Part shown: positions 19,532 through 27,324 of the stretch, piece by piece | Numbering within the stretch: the first letter of the stretch is position 1 | How the letters are laid out: the number at the start of each line of letters is the position of its first letter | Origin: an uncultured Gemmatimonadales bacterium | Lineage (GTDB): Bacteria; Gemmatimonadota; Gemmatimonadetes; Gemmatimonadales; GWC2-71-9 | Direction: 5' to 3' | DNA length: 64,000 bases | Assembly (NCBI GenBank): GCA_963817435.1 | Contig: CAWFNY010000001.1 | Location: forward strand, 26,895-90,894 | The notes under the pieces: model-generated | Told to the model about the DNA's origin: nothing | Database searches by the model: none | What the model saw: the letters and a program-made list of their open reading frames with translations, nothing else | Position numbers and translations under genes: made by a program

Positions 19532-21064
19532 ATGCCCGGTCTCTTCGTCCGTAAGTCCGTCGCCGATTGTGAGCACGATCTCGCGGAGCGCGGCGGCCTC
19601 AAGCGCTCGCTCAACAAGTGGCACCTCACGGCGCTTGGTGTCGGGGCCACGATCGGCGCCGGCATCTTCGCGACCACCGGCACGGCGATCGCCGGTGACA
19701 TGGCCCGTCCCGGCGCCGGTCCCGCGATCATCTTCTCCTTCGTGCTGACGGCGATCGCCTGTGGCTTCGCGGCGCTCTGCTACGCCGAGTTCGCGGCGAT
19801 GGTGCCGATCGCGGGTTCGGCGTATACCTATGCCTACGCCTCGCTGGGCGAGTTCGTCGCCTGGATCATCGGCTGGGACCTGATCGTCGAGTATGCGGTC
19901 GGCAACATCGGCGTTGCCATCGGCTGGTCGGGCTACTTCAGGGAACTCCTGAGCCACCTCGGGCTCGACCTCCCGCCCTGGCTCGCGACCGACATCCGAT
20001 CGGCGCACGATGCCGCGAAAGCCGTCGCCGCCGGCGCCACCGATCCGCTGAACAACTACCTCGCCTCCGCCATCACCACCGCACCGCACGTCCTCGGTTT
20101 CCCCATCATCGCGAATCTCCCGGCCTTCCTGGTCGTCGCCGCGATCACGGTGATCCTGGTGAAGGGCGTGAAGGAGTCCGCCAATTCCAACAACGCGATG
20201 GTGCTCCTCAAGATCGGCATCATCCTGTTCTTCCTCGCGGTGGGCGCCTTCTTCGTGAAGCCGCTCAACTGGAACAACCCGGCGACCGGCGGCTTCGCCC
20301 CGAACGGGTTCGGGGGCATCAGCGCCGCGGCGGCGATCATCTTCTTCAGCTATATCGGATTCGACGCCGTCTCCACCGCGGCCGAAGAGGCGATCAATCC
20401 GGCCAAGGACATGCCGTTCGGCATCATCATGAGCCTCGCCGTGACCACGGTGCTCTATATCGCCCTCTCGGTGGTGATGACCGGTCTCGCGCCGTGGCAG
20501 CAGCTCGGCACTCCCGAGCCGATGATCACCGCGCTGCAGTTCGCCGACGGACCGCCGGCGATCCTGCACGCCTCGCGGCTGATCATCGCCATCGGCGCCG
20601 TCATCGCAATGGGCAGCGTGCTCCTCGTCTTCCAGCTCGGCCAGCCCCGCATTTTCATGTCGATGGCGCGGGACGGTCTGCTGCCGCCCTTCTTCGCCAG
20701 GGTGCACCCGAAGTTCAAGACCCCGTACATCGGCACCATCATCACCGGCATCTTCGTCGCCACCTTCGCCGCCTTTGCGAACATCGCCGAGGTGGTGGAT
20801 CTCACCAACATCGGGACGCTGTTCGCCTTCATCCTCGTCTCGATCGGCGTCATCGTGCTGCGCCGCACCGATCCCGGGCGGCCCCGTCCCTTCCGGGTAC
20901 CGTGGGTGCCGTTCACGCCGATGATCTCGGTGGTCGCCTGCTTCTACCTGATGTACAAGCTCCCCGGCATCACCTGGATCCGGTTCGGTATCTGGCTGCT
21001 GGTGGGTTTGGTGCTGTACTTCATGTACGGCTCGAAGCACAGCCGGCTGCGGAACCCGGCCTAG
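19532..21064 (+). CDS. APC-superfamily amino acid permease (cationic amino acid transporter-like)
   Basis: LKRSLNKWHLTALGVGATIGAGIFATTG...AELAAMVP-like block, with about 12-14 TM segments. Confidence 0.9.
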   Translation: MPGLFVRKSVADCEHDLAERGGLKRSLNKWHLTALGVGATIGAGIFATTGTAIAGDMARPGAGPAIIFSFVLTAIACGFAALCYAEFAAMVPIAGSAYTYAYASLGEFVAWIIGWDLIVEYAVGNIGVAIGWSGYFRELLSHLGLDLPPWLATDIRSAHDAAKAVAAGATDPLNNYLASAITTAPHVLGFPIIANLPAFLVVAAITVILVKGVKESANSNNAMVLLKIGIILFFLAVGAFFVKPLNWNNPATGGFAPNGFGGISAAAAIIFFSYIGFDAVSTAAEEAINPAKDMPFGIIMSLAVTTVLYIALSVVMTGLAPWQQLGTPEPMITALQFADGPPAILHASRLIIAIGAVIAMGSVLLVFQLGQPRIFMSMARDGLLPPFFARVHPKFKTPYIGTIITGIFVATFAAFANIAEVVDLTNIGTLFAFILVSIGVIVLRRTDPGRPRPFRVPWVPFTPMISVVACFYLMYKLPGITWIRFGIWLLVGLVLYFMYGSKHSRLRNPA

Positions 21065-21079
21065 CGCGACGCGTCGCGC

Positions 21080-21394
21080 GGGGAGGGGAAGGGGAGAGGG
21101 AGGGAAGAGGGAGGGGGAGGGGAAGGGGGAAGGGAGGGAAGAGGGAAGGGGGAGGGGAAGAGGGAAGGGGGAAGAGGGAGGGGGAAGGGGGAAGAGGGAA
21201 GGGGGAAGAGGGAAGAGAAGGGGAAGGGGGAAGGGAAGAGGGAAGAGGGAAGAGAGGGAAGAGGAGCGACGTCGTCGCTTTGTCATCCCGAGCGCAGCGA
21301 GGGATCCCTTCGAGGTCCACGCGGCACCCCAAGAGATCCCTCGGTCGCTACGCTTCCTCGGGATGACAAACGGGGCCCTCTTCCCTCCTTTTCT
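21080..21394. repeat. Composite hairpin repeat, copy B: 187-nt homopurine tract, 86-bp core, 19-nt pyrimidine arm
   Basis: Positions 21080-21266 contain only G and A (GGGAAGA/GGGGGAAG-like units). The core at 21282-21367 is about 90% identical to copy A, and the differences cluster in the central loop. The short arm CCCTCTTCCCTCCTTTTCT is at 21376-21394 and abuts the stop codon of the minus-strand kinase gene. Confidence 0.85.
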
Positions 21395-22295
21395 AAGCCT
21401 TTCCGGCGAGATGTATCGCCCCCGACGCTGGATCGAGCGGGGCCTCCCGCATCCTGATGCGGGGCTCCTCGCTGAGCCTGGTGCGGAGCATCTTGTGCAG
21501 CGGGCCGTCGTGGTAGAGCAGCCCGCCGTTGGTGGCCACCTCCACCGCGGCCCGTTCATCCGCGCCGAAGTGTGGCAGCAGGCGGGTCACCAGCGCGGCC
21601 AGCTCTCGCGCCGCGTAGTCCATGATCCCGGCGGCGACGGTGTCCCCCAGGTGTGCCGCGTCGAAGACCGAAGGCGCCAGCGCGGCGACCTCCGGCACGC
21701 CCGCGGCCGCAGCCCAGCGAACCAGCCCGTCCATCGTCTGCGCCCGCGTGACCTTGAGGAGCAGCGGCGTCAGTTCGGTGCGGGGGCTCCGGCCATCCGC
21801 CGCCCGGCCCACCGCGCCGAGTGCCGCGCGACCGATTGCGTAGCCGCTGCCCTCGTCGCCCATCTGCCAGCCGAAGCCGCCGGAGCGGTGCAGCCGCCCG
21901 AAGGGATCGCGCGCGACGCCCATGCTGCCGGTTCCCGCCGTCACGACGATCCCGGGCAGGTCGCCGAAGGCGGCGGCGAGCGCGATCTCCGTGTCCCCGA
22001 CCACGACGATCTTCTCGGCGATCGCCTCGCTGCGAAGCGCTTCCCGGAGTTCGTTGCGTTCCTCCTCGCGCCCCGCTCCCGCGACGCCCGCGACAATCAC
22101 ATCCGCCCTGAGCTTCCCGATTTCCGCCAGCGCCCGGCGCGACACCTCGCCGATCGTCGTGGCGCAGGCGATGCCCCGGCCGCTCCGCATCTTGGCGCTG
22201 CCGCCGGTCGCGCGGGAGCGGACCGCCTCTCCCTCCGCGACGATGGCAACGGTCTTGGTTCCGCCTGCGTCGATTCCGACGATGATGCGGCTCAT
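21393..22295 (-). CDS. BadF/BadG/BcrA/BcrD-type ATPase, N-acetylglucosamine / MurNAc kinase-like
   Basis: MSRIIVGIDAGGTKT...VTAGTGSMG...GWQMGDEGSGYAIG. An ATGA overlap links it to the upstream symporter gene. Confidence 0.85.
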   Translation of the reverse strand: MSRIIVGIDAGGTKTVAIVAEGEAVRSRATGGSAKMRSGRGIACATTIGEVSRRALAEIGKLRADVIVAGVAGAGREEERNELREALRSEAIAEKIVVVGDTEIALAAAFGDLPGIVVTAGTGSMGVARDPFGRLHRSGGFGWQMGDEGSGYAIGRAALGAVGRAADGRSPRTELTPLLLKVTRAQTMDGLVRWAAAAGVPEVAALAPSVFDAAHLGDTVAAGIMDYAARELAALVTRLLPHFGADERAAVEVATNGGLLYHDGPLHKMLRTRLSEEPRIRMREAPLDPASGAIHLAGKA

Positions 22296-23731
22296 GGAAG
22301 TCTCTCGCGATCCCGCCAGATCAGGCTCAATGCCAGTCCGGTCGCTACGGTGATGGCGCTCCCGAGCGGCACATACCAGGGCCACGCCAGCTTCGAGTCA
22401 GTCAAGAAGAGGGTGAGCATCACCGTCACCGCGACCGTGATGCCGGCGATTACGTGCCGCCCAGCCACCCGCGCCGGCATGCCGGCCAGCAGATAGGCGC
22501 CCAGCAGACCGCCGTAGGTGATCGAGGCGATCTGCAGCGCGAAGACTACCACCGGCGTCTTCCCGCCGCCCGCGACGACGAAGAAGCCCAGCGCCGCGGC
22601 GGTGACCAGCACGCCCCAGAATATCGAGAACAGCTTCCCGACCTTCAACAGCCGCGCCGGATCGCGTTCCCCGGTATAGGAGGCGTAGAGATCGTGCGTC
22701 ATCGAGGATGCGAGCGCGCTGATGGCCGAGCTGTGTGTCCCCATGGTGGCGGCGAGGATGGCGGCGATCAGCAGCCCCGACAGCCCCATCGGAAGGTGGT
22801 CCACGATGAATCGCGGAAAGATCTGGTCGGCCGGCAGCGCCGCCGGCGAGAACCCGCCTGCCCAGATCGCGGTGCCGATCAGCATGAACAACGTGAACTG
22901 CGCCAGCACGACCGCGCCGGAGCCGACCAGGGCGCGGCGCGCATCGCGGAGCGAGCCGCTCGCGAGCAGCCGCTGCACGATGACATGGTCGGTGCCGTGC
23001 GACGCCGCGGTGAGCATGCCCCCGCCGATGATGCCGCCGAACAGGGTGTAGGGCACGGTGAAATTCAGCCGCAGGTCGATCAGCTTGAGCTTCCCCGCCG
23101 CCCCAGCGGCGGCCATCGCCGGCCCCACGCCACCGGCGAGCGAGAAGGCGATTGCCAGCGCCGCGAAGCCGGCCGCGATGTAGACGCACCACTGCACCAC
23201 GTCGGTCCACACCACTGCCTTGAGCCCGCCATGCCAGGTGTACACCATGGTCACCACGCTCATGACCAGGATCGAGAGCGGGATGCTCCATCCCGTGATC
23301 AGCGCCAGCGGCACCGCGCTGGCGTAGACCCGCACCCCATCGGCCAGCATGCGCGTCACCAGGAAGATGAGCGACGTGAGCCGCCGCGTCGTCGGTCCGA
23401 AGCGCGACTCCAGCCGCACGTACGCCGTCTCCTGCTCGCCCTGGAAATACCCGGGCAGCAGCCACCAGGCCACGACCAGCCGTCCGATGAGATAGCCCAG
23501 CGGGAGCTGCAGGAAGGTGAGATCGCCCTGCGCGGCGATGGACGGCACCGAGATGACGGTGAGGGCGGAGGTCTCGGTCGCGACGATCGAGAGCAGGATC
23601 GCCCAGGAGGGGAGGTCGCGCGCGCCGAGGAAATAGTCGCCCGCCGTCTGCTGCCGCCGGGAGACCCACATCCCGACGCCCAGCGTCAGGGCGAAGTACC
23701 CGAGGATGACGGCGAGGTCGAGCGTTGCCAT
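22292..23731 (-). CDS. Sodium:solute symporter (SSF) family transporter
   Basis: MATLDLAVILGYFALTLGVGMWVSRR...DYFLGARDLP. An alternative GTG start at 23743 is possible. Confidence 0.9.
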   Translation of the reverse strand: MATLDLAVILGYFALTLGVGMWVSRRQQTAGDYFLGARDLPSWAILLSIVATETSALTVISVPSIAAQGDLTFLQLPLGYLIGRLVVAWWLLPGYFQGEQETAYVRLESRFGPTTRRLTSLIFLVTRMLADGVRVYASAVPLALITGWSIPLSILVMSVVTMVYTWHGGLKAVVWTDVVQWCVYIAAGFAALAIAFSLAGGVGPAMAAAGAAGKLKLIDLRLNFTVPYTLFGGIIGGGMLTAASHGTDHVIVQRLLASGSLRDARRALVGSGAVVLAQFTLFMLIGTAIWAGGFSPAALPADQIFPRFIVDHLPMGLSGLLIAAILAATMGTHSSAISALASSMTHDLYASYTGERDPARLLKVGKLFSIFWGVLVTAAALGFFVVAGGGKTPVVVFALQIASITYGGLLGAYLLAGMPARVAGRHVIAGITVAVTVMLTLFLTDSKLAWPWYVPLGSAITVATGLALSLIWRDRERLP

Positions 23732-23744
23732 GGCTGGATACACG

Positions 23745-23773
23745 GAGGGGGCGGGTCTTAGACCCGCCCCCTC
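23745..23773 (-). terminator. Hairpin between iscA-like gene and symporter
   Basis: A 12-bp GC-rich stem, GAGGGGGCGGGT / ACCCGCCCCCTC, with a 5-nt loop. Confidence 0.45.
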
Positions 23774-23792
23774 GGCTTCGGCGTGGTGCTGC

Positions 23793-24161
23793 TCAGGCGG
23801 TGAACGACGATCCGCAACCGCATCCGCCGGTCGCGTTCGGGTTGGTGAAGGTGAAGCCCGAGCCCTGCATCGAGCTGGTGTAGTCCACCGTCACGCCGTT
23901 CAGATACTGCATGCTGAAGCCGTCGAGGAAGATCCGGGTGCGGTTGATCTCCATCACCACGTCGTCTTCCAGGGCGCGCTCTTCGATGTTCAGGCTGTAC
24001 TTGAATCCGGAGCATCCGCCCGGAAGCACGCTCACCCGCAGTCCGGCGGTTTCCACCGGCACCTCTTCCGCGGCGATGAACTTCTGCACCTCTTCCGCGG
24101 CGCGATCGGTCAGGACGAGGGTGAACCCGGGTGCGCTCACCTGCTGCTCAGTGCTGTCCAT
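23793..24161 (-). CDS. erpA: HesB/IscA-family iron-sulfur cluster insertion protein
   Basis: LRVSVLPGGCSGFKY...NPNATGGCGCGSSF shows the three conserved Cys residues. Confidence 0.9.
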   Translation of the reverse strand: MDSTEQQVSAPGFTLVLTDRAAEEVQKFIAAEEVPVETAGLRVSVLPGGCSGFKYSLNIEERALEDDVVMEINRTRIFLDGFSMQYLNGVTVDYTSSMQGSGFTFTNPNATGGCGCGSSFTA

Positions 24162-24231
24162 GTCCCTTACTCCCTTTCGATGATGCGAAAGCGCCGGGCG
24201 AACGCTCCGGCGCTATGATTTCCTGTCATGC

Positions 24232-24260
24232 AAGGTAGGGTGTTCACCCTTCCATGTCAA
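24232..24260 (-). promoter_or_regulatory. Candidate sigma70-type promoter for the iscA-like gene
   Basis: Minus strand reads TTGACA-N17-TACCTT. It sits in an unusually AT-rich intergenic patch, with two CTAACTCG direct repeats just upstream at 24271-24293. Confidence 0.35.
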
Positions 24261-24300
24261 TTCCGTTTTACTAACTCGGAAATAGCTAACTCGCGATCAG

Positions 24301-25476
24301 TCATGGAGTAACCATCGAATCCCCCAGTCCATCCACCACCAGATCCGCCACCCCGGCGCGCACCGCGCCCCAGCGGTTGTTGGCGCGGGTCGGGTGTACC
24401 CGATTGCTGAGCAGCACGATCACCAGGCAGTGCGACGGATCGATCCAGATCGAAGTTCCGGTGAATCCGGTGTGCCCGAAGCTCCGGGCCGACAGGAGGT
24501 GTCCTGCGCTGCTGCCCTCCGAGGGCGTGTCCCATCCCAGGGCTCGGCTCGAGCCTGGCGGGAGCTCCTGGCGATGGGTGAACTGGTTGAGCGCGCGAGG
24601 CGGCGCCAGCGCGGGGCGGGGTCCGGCCGGCCGGCAGGCGGGTGCCGTCCCCGACAGCAGCCAGTCGCCGAAACGCAGCAGGTCGCGCGTGGAGGAGAAG
24701 AGTCCGGCATGCCCCGACACGCCGCCGAGTGCCGCCGCATTCTCATCGTGCACCTCGCCGCGGAGCACGTGGCCGCGCCAGGGATCGTTCTCGGTGGGCG
24801 CGATGCGCGGGAGCCAGCTCGCCGGAGGCAGATAGCGGGTGTCGCGCATCCCCAGCGGCTGGAACAGTCGTCTCGAGAGCAGCGAATCGATCCGGGTGCC
24901 GGAGACCGCCTCGACCGCCTGGGTGAGCACGATCGCGCCAAGATCGGAATAGACGTAGCGCGCGCCGGGCAGGGTATCGAGCGGGGTCGTGTCCACCGCG
25001 GCGAGGCCCTCCGCGCGGCTGCTCGCCTCCTTGTAGATCGGGCGCCAGGCGGGGAGTCCGCTCGAGTGGGTGAGCAGATGCCTGAGGGTCACGGTCCTGC
25101 GGAGGCTGTCGCCGGTTCCGAACGCGGGGACGTAGCGGACCACGCTGCTGTCCAGTGTCAGGCGGCCTTCGTCCACGGCGAACATCACCGCGGTGGTGAG
25201 CCCGATGACCTTGGTGAGGGAGGCGAGGTCGTAGATCGTGGCGCTGTCGGGGCGGGTGGCGTCGTCCTCGCCGAGTCGTCCGCTGCCGTGGAAGAAGTGC
25301 CGCCCGCCGGCGCTGATGCCGAGGGCTGCGCCGGGCGCCGCACCAGCGGCGACGGCGGAGTCGAGATAACGCGCCACCGCCTGCCACTCGGCGCGTGGGG
25401 CGGGCGCGGCGGCGTTCGGCGCACAGGCCGCGCCGAGGAGGGCGAGGAGTGCGCGAAGCCGTGGGACCCGGATCAG
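24301..25476 (-). CDS. Beta-lactamase-family serine hydrolase (AmiE/YbbE-like candidate MurNAc-L-Ala amidase)
   Basis: SxxK motif ASLTKV. Signal/lipobox-like N-terminus IRVPRLRALLALLGAAC. There is no ATG, GTG or TTG in frame near the signal peptide. The only candidate is the CTG at 25476, which overlaps the nagZ stop (CTGA). Confidence 0.75.
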   Translation of the reverse strand: MIRVPRLRALLALLGAACAPNAAAPAPRAEWQAVARYLDSAVAAGAAPGAALGISAGGRHFFHGSGRLGEDDATRPDSATIYDLASLTKVIGLTTAVMFAVDEGRLTLDSSVVRYVPAFGTGDSLRRTVTLRHLLTHSSGLPAWRPIYKEASSRAEGLAAVDTTPLDTLPGARYVYSDLGAIVLTQAVEAVSGTRIDSLLSRRLFQPLGMRDTRYLPPASWLPRIAPTENDPWRGHVLRGEVHDENAAALGGVSGHAGLFSSTRDLLRFGDWLLSGTAPACRPAGPRPALAPPRALNQFTHRQELPPGSSRALGWDTPSEGSSAGHLLSARSFGHTGFTGTSIWIDPSHCLVIVLLSNRVHPTRANNRWGAVRAGVADLVVDGLGDSMVTP

Positions 25477-27260
25477 CGCTGACTCCCCGCCCCGACGACA
25501 CCGCTCGGGACGCCACGATCGAGCCCGGTGCCGAGCGGATAGTGGGGTGGCAGCACGACTGGGAGGCGTCCGGTGATCGGCGCCTCGCCGGTGAGCGCCC
25601 GGGCCACGGCCCACTCCGCCATGCCGTTGCCGCTCCAGCCGATGAGATACGACCGGAGATGCGGGATCTGCATCCCGATGTAGGGCGACCCGAACGACAC
25701 CAGCAGCGTCCGCCGGCGCAGGCTCGTCTCCGAGATGAGGTGCGCGACCGGGTCCGGCAGTCCGACGCTGCCCTTCCAGGCGCTCACCTTCACCGACGCG
25801 GCGAAGACCGCATACCCGTTCTTGCGGATGATCCTGCGGGCGGAATCGATGCTGGCCGCGCCGCTCGCGGGCCACAGACGGAAGCTGGTCACCTTGTAGC
25901 CGGCATCGCGGAGCCGCCGCGCGAGCACGTTGCCGATCGTGCCGGCATTCTCCTCGCCGAAGGTGATCAGGGTGATGGGCCGTGGCCTCGTGCGGAGGCT
26001 GTCCACGGTGCCGGTGCTGTCCGACACCAGCACCAGCGATCGCTGCGCGATGTCCCGCGCGGTCGGGAGGAAGCGGGCGCTGCCGACCACGTCGGGCACG
26101 CTGTCGAGCGGGACCGTGCGCCGGGCGAACAGGCCGAGGTGCTGCTTGACGAGGAGCAGCCGGCGGACCGAACGGTCGAGCCGCTCATGGGAGACCCTGC
26201 CCGACTCCACCGCCTCGGTGAGGGCGTCGATCGCCTGCTTCGGATCGGCCGGCTGCAGCAGCAGGTCTGCCCCGGCGAGGAAGGCCAGTACGGCCGCCTC
26301 GCCCGCGCCGTAGGTGTTGACGATCCCGCCCATGTCGAGCGCGTCGGTGACCACCAGCCCGTGGAAGCCGAGTGAATCGCGGAGCACGCCGGTGAGGATC
26401 TGCGGGTCGAGCGTCGCGGGGCGGTGGCGGTCGCTCGCGATCGCCGGCATCGTGATGTGCGCCGACATCACCAGGCTCACATCCGCCTCGATCGCGGCGC
26501 GGAAGGGCACCAGTTCGACGCTGCTCAGATGGCTCCACGGCACGCTGATCACCGGCAGTCCCAGGTGCGAATCGATGGAGGTGTCGCCGTGCCCGGGGAA
26601 GTGCTTCGCCGTCGCGAGCATGCCGTTGTCCTGGATGCCGCGGACCGCCGCGGCCACCAGTCGCCCGACGAAGTGGGGATCGCTGCCGAAGGAGCGGGTG
26701 TTGATGATCGGGTTTGCCGGATTGTTGTTGACGTCGGCATCCGGCGAGAAGGTGAGATGGATGCCGACCGCGCGGCCTTCGAGCGCCGTGATCCGCCCCA
26801 CTTCGTACGCGTCCTGTTCGCTGCCCGCGGCGGCCACGCCCATATTGGGGGGGAACGGCGTCGCGCCGATGAGCCGGAAGCTCGCGCCGCTCTCGAGATC
26901 AGCGCCGACCAGGAGCGGCAGGCCGGAGCGCTGCTGCAGCCGGTTGAGCTTCATCGCCACATCGAGGGGCGACCCGACCGAAACGATGATGCCGCCGACG
27001 TGCAGGGAATCCACCCAGCCCTGCATCACCGCGAATACGCTGTCATCAAAGGCGGTGTAGGCGCCGGGGACCCACGGCATGATGATCTGGGCCACCCGGT
27101 CGCGAAGCGGCATGGAATCGAGCATTCGTTCGATGACGACTGAGTCGCGCGGGGTCGGCGGGCCGAGTCCGAAGCGGTCAGCCGCCTGCTGCGCCGAGGC
27201 GGTGGCGGTGGTGCACAGCAGGAGACCTGCGGAGAGAACTGCTCTATGAGAACGGGCCAC
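25473..27260 (-). CDS. nagZ: GH3 beta-N-acetylhexosaminidase (NagZ/YbbD-like) with C-terminal domain
   Basis: GGIIVS...INTRSFGSDP...KHFPGHGDTSIDSH. The GTG at 27260 gives the signal peptide ARSHRAVLSAGLLLCTTATASA-QQ. Confidence 0.85.
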   Translation of the reverse strand: MARSHRAVLSAGLLLCTTATASAQQAADRFGLGPPTPRDSVVIERMLDSMPLRDRVAQIIMPWVPGAYTAFDDSVFAVMQGWVDSLHVGGIIVSVGSPLDVAMKLNRLQQRSGLPLLVGADLESGASFRLIGATPFPPNMGVAAAGSEQDAYEVGRITALEGRAVGIHLTFSPDADVNNNPANPIINTRSFGSDPHFVGRLVAAAVRGIQDNGMLATAKHFPGHGDTSIDSHLGLPVISVPWSHLSSVELVPFRAAIEADVSLVMSAHITMPAIASDRHRPATLDPQILTGVLRDSLGFHGLVVTDALDMGGIVNTYGAGEAAVLAFLAGADLLLQPADPKQAIDALTEAVESGRVSHERLDRSVRRLLLVKQHLGLFARRTVPLDSVPDVVGSARFLPTARDIAQRSLVLVSDSTGTVDSLRTRPRPITLITFGEENAGTIGNVLARRLRDAGYKVTSFRLWPASGAASIDSARRIIRKNGYAVFAASVKVSAWKGSVGLPDPVAHLISETSLRRRTLLVSFGSPYIGMQIPHLRSYLIGWSGNGMAEWAVARALTGEAPITGRLPVVLPPHYPLGTGLDRGVPSGVVGAGSQR

Positions 27261-27324
27261 TGGGCGCTCGGATTCTGGCTGCTGGCCGCGCCCTGGAACG
27301 GCTGCGGCCGGAGTGTTGGCGTGA

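Noticed and set aside
21080-21266. CRISPR array or tandem-repeat protein-binding array as an explanation of the GGGAAGA repeats
   Set aside because: There are no unique spacers between repeats. Units are 7-8 nt and degenerate. No cas genes are present. It is a microsatellite-like homopurine tract.
20494-21366. ORFs translating the homopurine tract: (+) ...GEGEREGRGRGRGRGKGGKREGGGEEGRGKREGEGG... and (-) 21021..21332 ...LFPLPSSLPPSPSLPSSPF...
   Set aside because: The periodic low-complexity peptides are a direct by-product of the (GGGAAGA)n repeat. The ORFs run through the palindromic core and overlap the real permease gene out of frame.
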